From positions 12,462,001 to 12,526,000 of the forward strand of contig CM059432.1 of assembly GCA_030390025.1 (NCBI GenBank): DNA of 64,000 bases, given 5' to 3'. The notes under the pieces were generated by a model that worked only from the letters and a program-made list of their open reading frames with translations, was not told the DNA's origin and ran no database searches. The stretch is from Squalus acanthias. Taxonomy: Eukaryota. Every line of letters begins with the position of its first letter. The stretch's first letter is position 1. Of this stretch, positions 13,373-25,660 are shown in pieces. Both the position numbers and the translations under genes were made by a program.

Positions 13373-14012
13373 TAAACCCTAATCATGATTAAGTGCTAAT
13401 CGCGATTACGATTACCTATTCATTTTACTTGCCGCTGAGGTTTGATCGCCAAGGCAGGTCACACCACACTCCACAGTCAATCACCTTGGAGATGTTAAAA
13501 TCTGGCCGGGCCGCACGCACCCTCTCAGCTGCCACCTCCACCCACCGTGACTGGATTTCCCCCAGCAAGAGTCTCAACCCAACCGCAAACCCTTCCGCAT
13601 TTCTTTCCCCGTACTCTGCCAAAGGACCATCCTGCCGGCACAATCGTACATCCCAACGCCTCCCCCCGGGATGCCAAAGCTGCATTCACAGCTGTCGCCT
13701 GGACCAGCATCAAGCACTTTCAAAGCTTGTTTTAAAATCAACGCATTAATTTTAAGACTTTGAAGTGAGTGGTTTTTGTCACTGAAGAGATGGAAATGCC
13801 GGTGCGGCCGCGAGTCTGGGATTTTGTTGTAAGGACCTCCCAGCAGTGGAGTAATTTGTATTTTTTTAAATACTTAGCTGCATGTTAAATGCAGCCATAA
13901 GTTCATTTACAACTCACTTAATTGCAATTCTTGTTCTACCGCAACCATTTCTACAGTCCCGTTTATTCCCACCTTAGCGTGAAAAGTTTTATTGCAACTA
14001 AATGCATTGCAA

Positions 14013-14215
14013 TTCCCGCTCTAAGGGCAAGCGCGGTGCGCAGCGTTCCCGCTCTAAGGCCAAGCGCGACGCGCAGCGTTCCCGCTCTAAGGGCAAGCGC
14101 GGCGTTCCCGCTCTAAGGGCAAGCGCGGCGCGCAGCGTTCCCGCTCTAAGGGCAAGCGCGGCGCGCAGCGTTCCCGCTCTAAGGGCAAGCGCGGCGCGCA
14201 GCATTCCTGCTTTAA
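14013..14215. repeat. 33-bp CpG-rich tandem repeat TTCCCGCTCTAAGGGCAAGCGCGGCGCGCAGCG, ~6 copies
   Basis: Near-identical copies (one is 26 bp) lying just 5' of the Tigger ORF. Confidence 0.95.
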
Positions 14216-14768
14216 CGAGACTCGTCATCTTTGAACCCGCGGCTTTCAACTCTGGTTTCGGTGCTCAACGTGCCCAAGAACCGGTTTGACCTGGTTTCCA
14301 CCTGTTCGTTAGTGTGAAGTCGACTTTCCAGGTGGCTCAACAAAAAAAGAGCGGTGACCTGTCGTTCCGCGAGCAGGTGGGTGTTCTGAACAGTGCGAGG
14401 GAATCGAACATTCAAAAGCTAGTCGCACAGAAGGGCGGCATTTCTGAATCTCGTGTTTCTAGAACTCTGAAAAGGAAAGCAGACACCTTGAAGGGCTGGT
14501 AAAGAAATGAGAACCGGGGTAGGAAACGGAAGCGTGACAGTAAAATGGACGATATTGCGATGGTTTAATCAACAAAGAAGCTCAAAGTCCCACCTGTTGA
14601 AAGCTACAACAACAAAAACATCTTGTATTTATATAGCGCCTTTAACGTAGTAAAACCTCCCAAAGCTAAAGCTACTGAGCTTGCCAAATAATTCTGCATG
14701 GAAAGCTTTGAAGCATCGAATGGATTACTGTGCTGTTGGAAAGGGAGACACAACCTTGTTTACAAAAA

Positions 14769-15183
14769 TACAAAAGCCAAAATACTGCGGATGCTAGAAA
14801 TCTGAAATAAAAACAGAAAATGCTGGAAATACTCAGCAGGTCAGGCAGCATCTCTCACATAGCAGCTGTCGATCATTCTGCCATCGCCATTTACACCTCA
14901 TCTCGAGCTATCTTTTGTTTCTTAACTTGTCCCATTACCATCTCCTTTTGCCTCGCACCATCATCCCTTTTGTCATTTAATCTCTCCTGCCTTCCATCCC
15001 ATCACAGACCTTCCCTTTTGTTCTCTCCTCCCCTCCCCCCTTTCCCTGCCCCTACACTTGTTCCATCTCCAGCTTTTTCCAGTTCTGACGAAGGGTCATC
15101 GACCTGAAACGTTAACAACTCTGTTTCTCACTCTCCACAGATGCTGCCTGACCTGCTGAGTATTTCCAGCATTTTCTGTTTTG
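14769..15183 (+). mobile_element. Penelope-like insert with inverted pseudo-LTR, inside Tigger ORF
   Basis: Near identical to 1980-2320; 44-bp inverted repeat 14810-14853/15139-15182; 11-bp TSD GTTTACAAAAA. Confidence 0.88.
15081..15116 (+). ncRNA. Minimal type I hammerhead ribozyme motif (PLE-borne)
   Basis: AGTT-CTGACGA-AGGGTCATCGACCT-GAAA-CGTT-AAC; intact core. Confidence 0.7.
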
Positions 15184-15757
15184 GTTTACAAAAAGCTGTG
15201 CGGTGATAAAGTGGACAGTACCAAGCCCGCCGCTGGGCCACGGACAGAAGACCTGTTCACAAGTTGTTGTTGTTTTTTTTTAAAAGCAGAGTATCTCCCC
15301 GACTGCATTTACAATTCGGACGAGACCGGACTTTTCTAACGTTCCCTGCCTGATCGAACCTATGCACAAAAAAAAAGCAGGTGAGCGGCGACAAGCGGGC
15401 TCGGACACGATGAAACCCGTGACTGGGAAATGCAAGAACCCTCGCTGTTTTCACCATGTGAAAACTTTCCCAGCTGATTATGAAAGCAGCTAATGTTTGG
15501 AGGACACAAATAATTTTCAGAAAGTGGTCTTTCAATGAAAGTGGTGGTGCTGCTGATGGAGAATGCCACTTGCCACGAGGTGGCTCTTAATCCTACGCAC
15601 GCGGGGGCCCAATTTTTACTGTCGAACACCACTTCTATCGCCCAGCCCCTGGAGCAAGGTGTGATCCATAGCCTGAGGCAAAACAGGGATTCTGTTTTCG
15701 ACTCCAATGGTTATTAAAAACCATAGCGTGTTGGATGCTTTGCACTTATCCAGCAGA

Positions 15758-16636
15758 GAAAGTAAGACCGAACTTGCATTTATGTAGTGTCTTTCATGAC
15801 CTCAGGATGTCACAACGCGCTTTACAGCCAATGAAGTACTTTTGAAGGTCCCACAAACAGCAATGTGATAATGACCAGATAATTTGTTTTTAGTGATATT
15901 GGTTGAGGGATAAATATTGGCCCAGGACACCGGGGCTAACTCCCCTGCTCTTCTTCCAAATAGTGCCATGGGATCTTCAGAGTGGGACTGCGGCGAGTGA
16001 CTCACCTCCTGACTCCCCAGAGCCTTTCCCACCATCTACAAGGCACAAGTAAGGAGTGTGATGGAATACTCTCCACTTGCCTGGATGAGTGCAGCTCCAA
16101 CAACACTCAAGAAGCTCGACACCATCCAGGACAAAGCAGCCCGCTTGATTGGCACCCCATCCACCACCTTAAACATTCACTCCCTCCACCATCGGCATAC
16201 CGTGGCTGCAGTGTGTACCATCTACAAGATGCACTGCAGCAACACGCCAAGGCTTCTTCGGCAGCACCTCCCAAACCCGCGACCTCTTCCACCTCGAAGG
16301 ACAAGGGCAGCAGGCGCACGGGAACACCACCACCTCCAAGTTCCCCTCCAAGTCACACACCATCCTGACTTGGAAGTATATCGCCGATCCTTCATCGTCG
16401 CTGGGTCAAAATCCTGGAACTCCCTCCCTAACAGCACTGTGGGAGTACCTTCACCACACGGACTGCAGCAGTTCAAGAAGGCGGCTCACCACCACCTTCT
16501 CGAGGGCAATTAGGGATGGGCAATAAATGCTGGCCTTGCCAGCAATGCCCACATCCCATAAGCGAATAAAAAAAAACTTGAACCCACAACTTTCTGACTC
16601 AGAGGCGAGAGTGCGACCCAATGAGCCACGGCAGAC
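15758..16636 (-). mobile_element. DeuSINE split by LINE family B (pieces 15758-15978 and 16577-16636)
   Basis: Tail and core lie left of the LINE and the head lies right of it. Confidence 0.82.
15979..16576 (+). mobile_element. LINE family B 3' end, nested in SINE within Tigger
   Basis: MEYSPLAWMSAAPTTLKKLDTIQDKAARLIG...SWNSLP...HHHLLEGN* with A-rich tail. Confidence 0.92.
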
Positions 16637-17514
16637 AGCGTGGAATGCAGTGATGAGCAGCTGCATCAGTCACTGTAGTTTGGTTTCTAGCAGGAAAACC
16701 ACGACCCAGTCGAAGGTACGGAGGCTGAGGAAGAGATTCCCGGCAGTTCGAGCTGGAACATTTTTTGTTTCGACGGACGATGACCGTGACATCTGCCGGG
16801 GAGATGGCGGATGCAGAAATCGTTTGTTCTGGAAAAGATTCGGCAGCAGGGGCTGCCGGTGACGTAAATCAAGACGGTACCAGAGCTAGAAATTTCCAAA
16901 GTTCGAGAGGTAGATTCTGCACTGTGCGCTCTGCATCAATTCAGCAAGTCAAACGACAGCGGAACGTTTGATGAATGTTTACGCACTGGAAGGGCAAGTG
17001 CGGAGGTCGAGGACTTCTGATCTCCACCAAAAGAAAAAGCATAAAAGAGAACTCGAGACGTGAGCATTTTTCTTGAATTTTAGAATTGTTATACTGTCGT
17101 CACCTTTTATGATGTAATAATTTTCGCTGCACGAAAAAACTCATGAGATGTGAGCTTTTCTTAATTTTTGAGACGTTGTACAGTATTCACCCCAGTTTTT
17201 TAAGACATTGTGCAAATAAAGGTTGTTTTGCATTTAATTTTTTGTTGCTTGCTGCTTTACAAGAACTTCCCATTTTATCGCAACTTGTGAGGTTGTCCAC
17301 TGGAATGCAGCTTTGCCCAAGTCACTGTCGGAAACCCACACCCACCTCACCTCACCCTCTGCCCGCTGTTACTCCACCTCGCACAGTGACAGGAACCCCC
17401 TCTGTCCCCCTCACGCCGAGTAACCATGACTACCACTGACCTCCCACAATCCCCGCACCCCCCCCCCTCGCCCGAGAAACCCCCATTACCGAGCTTTTGT
17501 CAACTGCACTCAGG

Positions 17515-17925
17515 AACAACAACTTGCATTTATATAGCACCTTTAACGTAGTAAAACGTCCAGGGCGCCTCACAGGAGCGATTATCAAAACAAAATGTGA
17601 CACCGAGCCACATTAAGGAGATATCAGGACAGGTGACCAAAAGCTTGGTCAAAGAGGTAGGTTTTAAGGAGCGTCTTAAAAGGAGGAGGAGAGAGAGAGA
17701 GGTAGAGAGGTTCAGGGAGGGAATTCCAGAGCTTAGGGCCAAGGCAGCTGAAGGCACGGCCGCCAATGGTGGAGCGATTAAAATCAGGGATTCGCAAGAG
17801 GCCAGAATTGGAGGAGCGCAGAGATCTCGGGGAAGTTGTAGGGCTGGAAGAGGTTACAGAGACAAGGAGAGGCGAGGCCATGAAGAGATTTGAAAACAAG
17901 GATGAGAATTTTGAAACCAAGGCAC
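17515..17925 (-). mobile_element. L2-type LINE 3' end
   Basis: RSLRSSNSGLLRIPDFNRSTIGGRAFSCLGPKLWNSLP..FKTLLKTYLF. Confidence 0.9.
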
Positions 17926-18318
17926 CGCCCTATGCTCCCACACCTCACATTTTCCTCCACTGCTGCTCCAATAGCCCTCTTCCCTGGTATTCCATTCCCA
18001 GTTCTCCCAAATGCCACAACAGCCCTCCAGAGTGTCAACATGCAGGACCACTCATGACCCTCCGAATTCCTTCCTGCTGTTACACATTATTCCTACAGTT
18101 TCCTCCTTCCTACCTGTAAACCGTAATATCTTCCTTACCATCTACTTTTCTATCCTGGGCTTTAAAAAAAGGCAAAAGACAAAAATGAACCACACAGCAA
18201 TCAAGACCACTCATTTACTTTTCCACACAAATCTGCACCAAAATCAAAGGCCATCATCACAACATACTGTAATAAGAATACAACTTGACTTAATCAATCA
18301 GTGGCCTTGAAATCTATT

Positions 18319-19099
18319 GGGCCATAATTTGCTGTCAAAATAACGGTGAGGCTAATGGCGCTAGCCGTTATTTATGTGTAAACGCTAGAGCAACTTCAGG
18401 CTGGGGCAGATGCATGGTTAAACGCAGAAATCCAAAAGTTGCTGTCCGAGTTGCGCCGCTTCGCGGTAAAGCTTCACGAAAACGGCATCTCGCTGTCTGC
18501 CTCACCATTAACATGCATTGAACCGCGTGATGTTGCTGTACTTGTGCGGTAGAGACGAACTAAACTCGCCACAGAAAGTTAAGTCTTGTCCATTTCAGTC
18601 TAAGTATCCTTTTAACAATGTGATAAGTGTTAATTACTGCCAAACAAACTCCCTGGCACTGAAAATTAACTATTGCAAGTGTGGCATCTCATTCCTTCAG
18701 GTTTTAATTGTTGTTGGAGATTTTAAAAATGTAAAATTTAAAATGTAACTTTTTTTAACTTTTCCTTTCTGTCTCTTTTTTCTCTCTCAATCCAATCTTT
18801 CTTTCCCTCATTATTTTCTTTCTGTTCCTGATTTGACATTGAATTTACCCACTCTAATATACACTTCCTTCTCAGATCTTGTGCTGTTTATTTCACAATC
18901 CTTCAATCTAATTGGTTAATGAGATACCCAGATGTTCTGTTCACTCAGGTCCCAGATGCCCGGTTTCCCTCACCGCGACGTTATCAGATCGCACTTTCAG
19001 CAACTTGCAGCGCAAAATATCATCGCGATTAAATGGGCAAGGGCAAGTCTGACTAACGCCAGTCACTATTCATTGCCCTGTTACGGCAAATTATGGCCC
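18319..19099. mobile_element. PIF/Harbinger-like MITE (781 bp)
   Basis: TIR GGGCCATAATTTGC/GCAAATTATGGCCC; 3-bp TSD ATT. Confidence 0.85.
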
Positions 19100-19257
19100 A
19101 TTATATTATGTGGCATAAAACTCTCCTGTGAGCAATGTCATGGGAGGTCAACTAACATATTTTAAAAAAAACAAATGTACACTCATTCTCTATTTGTCAT
19201 ATTTTTCAATGTACATTGCAAAAACTTGGCTTTCATTTTTAATACTTTGGACACAAA

Positions 19258-20012
19258 GGGCTGGATTTTGTCTTGGGGTCGGGTTGGGGTCGTGTTAGCC
19301 GCATTTCGTGTTGTCCCCCCGACTCCAGATTAATGTGGATGAATGATACAATTTTCACTTAATTGGGCAATTGAGTTCCAGCATGTGGGAACCCATGAAC
19401 CAATTAGTGGTTTCAGTGGGAAAGTCGCCTCTGATGATGTCATCATTGCAGGTCAGAGACTGACTGCTTGGTCTCAGAGATTGCCTGGCTTTTGCTGTGA
19501 GTGGACCTGGATACAAAATATGAGAGAGGGAGAGAAGAGAGAGAGAGAAGAGAGAGAGAATGAGAATTTTTCCATCCAGGTCCTCTCACAGCAAGGCCAG
19601 GCAGTCTCTGAAGACATTCAATGCAGCAGCATCAGAGGCGACTTTCAGACCTAATACTACTACTACCTTCATCACATCTCCGTTGTAATAGTGGACCTGC
19701 AGCTGATAGTCAGCTATCCACTTGTGCTCCCGCCAGGTTTCACTGGAGTGTTTCACATCAGGCGTACTTCACGTCGGAAAAGGGTTAAACTAGCTAAAAC
19801 GTTTCAAAATGGCATTACAGAGCCAATTTTGGGCTTGTTAAGGGCTTTAATGGCCTCTCCTGCCTCTTGGAGGCGGGACGGAGTCGGGAACCCCGCGACT
19901 GATTTTGTCAAAATTGCATGGAGGCGGGATGGGGTCGGGACCACCGAATCTGTAACTTTAACCCCCCACACGCCTCCAAACCCGACTCCCCGGGTCATTC
20001 AAAATCCAGCCC
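19258..20012. mobile_element. PIF/Harbinger-like MITE (755 bp)
   Basis: TIR GGGCTGGATTTTG/CAAAATCCAGCCC; 3-bp TSD AAA. Confidence 0.85.
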
Positions 20013-20297
20013 AAAATGTACAGAAAAACACAGACCATTCTCATAGATTTCCATCCAATCAGCTAAACGGCAACGCTGATGGGAGCCTGGGGACAAATTT
20101 TGAAACTACCCAAAAAGTTCCACATCCGCAGTACATGTAACTTATATTCGAAGACAATTAATGATCTTTTGAAGTTCTTAAAGTTCAATTTGGAACACAG
20201 TGAGCAAACATTCTTTTTGGGAGGTGGGAGAGAGCTGGGAAATAGCTTTATACAAATGCCGCTATGTAAACTTTCATCCATGAATTACCCCAATGTT

Positions 20298-20772
20298 CAA
20301 CACTCAAGAAGCTCGACACCATCCAGGACAAAGCAGCCCACTTGATTGGCACCCCATCCACCACCTTAAACATCCACTCCCTCCACCACCAGCGTACCAT
20401 GGCTGCAGTGTGTACCATCTACAAGATGCACTGCAACAACTCGCCAAGGCTTCTTCGGCAGCACCTCCCAAACCCACGACCTCTTCCACCTAGAAGGACA
20501 AGGGCAGCAGGCGCATGGGAACACCATCACCTCCAAGTTCCCCTCCAAGTCACACACCATCCTGACTTGGAAGTATATCGCCCATCCTTCATCATCGCTG
20601 GGTCAAAACCCTGGAACTCCCTCCCTAACAGCACTGTGGGAGCACCTTCACCACACGGACTGCAGCGGTTCAAGAAGGCGGCTCACCACCACCTTCTCAA
20701 GGGCAATTAGGGATGGGCAATAAATGCTGGCCTTGCCAGCGACGCCCACATCCCGTAAACAAATTTAAACAA
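20298..20772 (+). mobile_element. LINE family B 3' end
   Basis: Near identical to 16100-16570. Confidence 0.92.
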
Positions 20773-21480
20773 AATCATTTTTCCCGGTCAGTTAATTTAT
20801 CAAGGACAACATCTTACTAAATTTACTTATGTGCAGAGGATGAGTGCAAATAGAATCATTAACTAGATGCACCGTTGGTTGTTTCCAAGCACAGGTCCCT
20901 CTTGCTAAGCTTCTGGGACATTTCGGAGTACACGTGTTATTATACAGTAGACACCACAGATTAAAGGGTGCAGGGAAATACAGCAAAATCTGCCGCAACT
21001 TTGTTTAATTAGAGTCATGTGGCCTGCCAGTGTGCCCTCTTTAATTTGTAGGGTTAGTACTGTACAAATGTCATACACAACAAATGACTTGATGAAATCT
21101 ACATCTGGCCAAGAAATCACTTGGCAAGTTTGGTTCAGGACCTCGGTCCCTCCAAATGGCCAAAACAACTGCAATACGGCGTTTTAAGCAGATCAGAAAA
21201 AAGCTCCACTCTTTATCCATTGCGCTGCTCAATCGTTACATTGCATCGCTGATGAAACAGGAGAAGATTGCGATTATTGCGCAGTATTACTAATGTTGCT
21301 GCATTTACTCATTCGGGACATTCGTTTTGAAGTTCCGTTGTTCTTAAAGCACCAAGGTTAATAATGCAAGGCATAACCAAGATTGGACAGAGCAGGATAG
21401 AAGTCAAAGGCAATAAAAGCGTAGCGGCCGGTTGATGTCAAGAATGGGTTTAAAATGCCTGTAGATTGTTTTTGCCCCTC

Positions 21481-21606
21481 ATCATAGAAATTTACGGCAC
21501 AGAAGGAGGCCATTTGGCCCATTGTGTCCGTGCCGGCCAAATAGAGCAATCCAACCGAACCCCACTTTCCAGCTCTTGGTCCGTAGCCCTGTAGGTTACG
21601 GCACTT
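21481..21606 (-). mobile_element. CR1 3' tail fragment
   Basis: atcatagaaatttacggcacagaaggaggccatttggccc. Confidence 0.8.
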
Positions 21607-21890
21607 TTGCCTTGAATCTCTCTTAATGTCTCTTAACCTCTCCTGCCTTCTATCCTATCACAGGCCTTCCCTTTTGTTCTTTCATCCCCTCCCCCCTTTC
21701 CCAGCTCCTACACTTGCTTAAAAATCTGTTCCATTTCCTGCTTTTTTCCAGTTCTGACGAAAGATCATCGACCTGAAACGTTAACTCTGTTTCTCTCTTC
21801 ACAGATGCTGCTCTGACCTGCTGAGTATCTCCAGCATTTTCTGTTTTTATTTCAGATTTCCAGCATCTGCAGTATTTTCTTTTTGTACTC
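21607..21890 (+). mobile_element. Penelope-like 3' fragment
   Basis: Homologous to 2075-2325; 13-bp TSD GGTTACGGCACTT/GGTTATGGCACTT. Confidence 0.85.
21750..21786 (+). ncRNA. Minimal hammerhead motif with damaged stem II
   Basis: AGTT-CTGACGA-AAGATCATCGACCT-GAAA-CGTT-AACT. Confidence 0.55.
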
Positions 21891-22194
21891 GGTTATGGCA
21901 CTTGCTTTCCTGATGGCAGACTCTTGTTGGTATATGGTTTCAACGGCACTAGCAGCCCTGCAGTACCTCGCCGACATGGCTATTATTCACGTGGGAGTTT
22001 AAATAGTGAGCAGCAGCAGCAGGCTATTCAACTACATTAGGTCATCATATCCTGTCCTTCTCCAGTGTCCACAGCATTCGAACTTTAGACCAAGAACTGG
22101 ACAGCAACCACAAAGCAAGAACACTGGCTTATTTTCTGCTCACCAGCTTCCCTACTGTACCCTGGCTGTGACCGACGTCTTGCACATCAATAAC

Positions 22195-22720
22195 ATTTAT
22201 AACCACTACTCACATTTATATAAGAGTCTTTAAATGTAAAAAAAACCATCCCAAGGCGCTTCCCAAGAGAAGAAAAGGAGCTGGTACTGAGCCTTTACTG
22301 GAGAGATGGCAAAGTCTGGTTGAATATAATGGGATAAAAAGGGGGAAGAGGGAGGTAGAGAGGTGAAAGGGCCCGGGAGGAAGGTTGACAAGAATACGCG
22401 GCCAAGGCAGCCAAAGGCTCTGCCATCGAAGAGCAGAGGGAGGAGGGGAGGATACACAGTGGGCCAGAAGTGGCAGGAGCAGATGCGAGGCTGGAGAAGG
22501 GCGCAGGGGAAGGGGAAGGCCAGGCCAGGTCGTGGAAGGATTTGTAGAGGAGACCAAAGATTTCACATTCAATCCTTTGGAGGACAGGAATCAGCAAAGA
22601 TGAGGGAGGGGGTTACTGGCGAACAGGCAGCGGAGTTTTGGACAATTATGGAGGGAAGAGGTCAAGATGTCAGCAAGATGGCTATTGAAGACGTTGAATT
22701 GCTAAGAGTTTTTTTAGGAA
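22195..22720 (-). mobile_element. Old degraded L2 3' end
   Basis: DGRAFGCLG remnant and ccaaggcgcttc tail similarity. Confidence 0.6.
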
Positions 22721-23635
22721 ATAAGGTCAGGGTGGATGTAAGGGGGCGAGGGTGCAGGAGAGATTGGGGGAGATGGAGACATCGTGGAAGGGGGTGGAGA
22801 GGTCAGGGAGGAGGGGAGAAGATCGCGGGGGAGGGGCCCCGTGAAAGATCAGAGGGCATAGAGGGCATCAGATCGCCGAGAGCGGTGGGGGGTGGAGAGA
22901 ACGACTGCTGGGGAGGTTAACAAGGTAGGTTGGTGGGCTACGGTGGGGGAGCGCGCGCAGAAGCACTCCTGCTCCTCCTGGCCCACAAGCAAGTTAAATC
23001 TTTCAAACTAGCTTCACTATATGAAAAGTTAACTCAAACAGGACATGCTGGCAAAATCCAACAGCAGCCCCTCCTTGAAACAGTCGAAACAGAAACATCT
23101 TTTTACCAAAGTTTAACATAGAAAGAAAATGCCACTTGTGTGTATCTGTTTTTCGAAAACTGTATTTAAAGGAAACCTGCTCCTGGCCTTTATTCGAGCT
23201 TTGGCACTCTATACCTAGATTCTCGTCAGCTGCTCCCCTACTAGAACTGGCTCAGTGCAAGGATCGCACTCTAACCCATAAAAATGACCGGCATTAAAAA
23301 TGAGTTTTTGTATCATATTTTATATGGATTCCTCACCCCTATTGCTATTAAGACAGATGGAAAGCCTACTTAGCAAGGGCTCACACCTAATGGTTACACA
23401 ATTTACGTTGTTTAATGATGAACATTTAACCATATTTACAAGATTTGTTTTCCAAAGGGAGTGCACTGCAGCCTTGAACTGTACAGCTTTACATTTGCTC
23501 ACAGAACCTCTGCATTCTGCTCTTCTTGTAGGTGATTAAATAATTCCTCAAAAAAAAAAATAAAAGATAGTGTTTCTGGTTCCAAAAATATCTCTTGGTA
23601 TGCAGATTTGCAGTGACTGAATACAACATTCCATA

Positions 23636-24186
23636 GTGTCTCACCTCCCGACTCCCCAGAGCCTTTCCACCATCTACAAGGCACAAGTCAGGAGTGTGAT
23701 GGAATACTCTCCACTTGCCTGGATGAGTGCAGCTCCAACAGCACTCAAGAAGCTCGACACTATCCAGGACAAAGCAGCCTGCTTGATTGGCACCCCATCT
23801 ACCACCTTAAACATTCACTCCCTCCACCACCGGCGTACCATGGCTGCAGTGTGTACCAGCTACAAGATGCACTGCAGCAACTCGCCAAGGCTTCTTCGGC
23901 AGCACCTCCCAAACCCGCGACCTCTACTACTTAGAAGGACAAGGGCAGCCGGCGCATGGGACCACCACCACCTCCAAGTTGCCCTCCAAGTCACACACCA
24001 TCCTGACTTGGAAGTATATCGCCGATCCTTCATCGTCGCTGGGTCAAAATCCTGGAACTCCCTCCCTAACAGCGCTGTGGGAGTACCTTCATCACACAGA
24101 CTGCAGCGGTTCAAGAAGGCGGCTCACCACCACCTTCTCGAGGGCAATTAGGGATGGGCAATAAACGCTGGCCTTTTAAAAAAAAG
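23636..24186 (+). mobile_element. LINE family B 3' end
   Basis: Same ORF end (LSTIYKAQVRSVMEYSPLAW...HHHLLEGN). Confidence 0.92.
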
Positions 24187-24754
24187 TTACATAAATAACT
24201 GCATAAATATGACCTAACAATTTAATAGTTGCAGAGCTGAAAGGTATGCCGTCATCGACAAAGCCAAATAGTGGGTGCCAACAAAATAGGCTCAAAAAGG
24301 GTTACACAACATTCAACTCATTTTCAGGAAGCATGCAAGATGTTTGTTACAAAACACCTCTGAACAACCATGAAGGAAGCAATGCACACAAACAAAGGCC
24401 ATACATGCACTGACAATTCCTTATACAATTCAACAAAACCTTTATAAATAGCTGAGCACGTAATATGGAATGTTCCTTCCAGCCTGTTGACAAAATGGTC
24501 TTGTATCCTAAGTTATGGAGTAAATCATACAACTGCACAAATTTTCAGGATTAAAGGGTATCGAAAACAATACCAAATCTCTTTTTATTCTGGGCGACTA
24601 TACAGGCTTGCAAAAGGGTAGCTATTACTCCTTTCCACCACTGTAATGCTTTTAAGCTATGGACATAAAATTGTGGAGCTTCTTACCTCCCTCAGTATTC
24701 CTTCCCTTGTACAATCTGCAGAGTTAAAAGCCAAGCTCATCACCACCTAATTAC

Positions 24755-25072
24755 GTTCGGACGAGGCGTTGAAACGAGGCCTCGTCTGCCCTCTCAGGTG
24801 GACGTAAAAGATCCCATGGCACTATTTCGAAGAGGAGCAGGGGAGGTCTCCCCGGTGTCCTGGCCAATATTTATCCCTCTACCAAACATCCCGAAAACAG
24901 ATTATCCGATCATTAATTTCATTGCTGTTGGTGGGAGCTTGCTGTGTGCAAATTAGCTGCCGTGTTTCCTACATTACAACAGTGACTACACTTCAAAAAG
25001 TACTTCATTGGCTGTGAAGCGCTTTGGGACGTCCTGAGGTTGTGTAAGGCGCTCCAGAAATGCAAGTCTTTC
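24755..25072 (+). mobile_element. DeuSINE, 5'-truncated
   Basis: caggtggacgtaaaagatcccatggcactatttcgaag...aaatgcaagtctttct. Confidence 0.85.
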
Positions 25073-25429
25073 TGCTACTACTTTGATCTTCTTGGTCTTC
25101 TAACCTAACCTTGGCGCTGCCCTGCAGTATTGGCCTTGGCCCTTTCACCGAGGCTCCTTGATAACAAAATGATTGGTTCACGAAAAAAAGAAAGTTTCGT
25201 AAACAAAAATTAAAAACAAAACCCAAATCGCATTTGCAAACAACTGCTCTGGCATCCATGTGAGGTGCTACAGAATTTATTTAAAGAGTGGCCCCATGCT
25301 GTACCAGGAGCTCTGCATCCACAGAGCACCGTCTCTCAATAGTGACATGCTCAGCTTTTCTCTGAAACAACAACAGAAAACACTGGAAAAACTCAGCAGG
25401 CCAGGCAACATCCGTGGAGAGAGAAACAG

Positions 25430-25465
25430 AGTTAACGTTTCAGGTCGAAACCCTTCGTCAGAACT
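25430..25465 (-). ncRNA. Minimal hammerhead motif, intact core, on the GNAL sense strand
   Basis: Minus strand reads AGTT-CTGACGA-AGGGT-TTCG-ACCT-GAAA-CGTT-AACT; stem II capped by UUCG. Confidence 0.72.
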
Positions 25466-25624
25466 GAGAAAAAAGCAGAAAATGAAACAGATAAAAAAGC
25501 AAGGGGGGAGGCTGGGGGGAGGAATAAAAGAACAAAAGGGGGTGGGTCTACGGTAGACCATCCCTTTTGTTCTTTTATTCCTCCCCCCAGCTTTTTTATC
25601 TGTTTCATTTCCTGCTTTTTTCTC

Positions 25625-25660
25625 AGTTCTGACGAAGGGTTTCGACCTAAAACGTTAACT
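25625..25660 (+). ncRNA. Hammerhead motif with core G12-to-A change (probably inactive)
   Basis: Mirror of 25430-25465 except GAAA reads AAAA at 25649. Confidence 0.6.

Larger units (their letters stand above)
13954..17290 (+). mobile_element. Decayed pogo/Tigger DNA transposon with four nested insertions
   Basis: Broken ORF shows a psq-like HTH (DLSFREQVGVL...GISESRVSRTLKRK), a CENP-B-type HTH (KAKATELAK..FEASNGLL..WKGRHNLVYK), IYNSDETGLF*RSLPDRT (15307-15360), LLMENATCH...FLLSNTTSIAQPLEQG and VLDALHL..AWNAV. It has stops and frameshifts; boundaries are approximate and no right TIR was found. Confidence 0.9.

Noticed and set aside
14013..14215. CENP-B box in the 33-bp repeat
   Set aside because: Only the CCCG part matches; spacing and the CGAA half do not.
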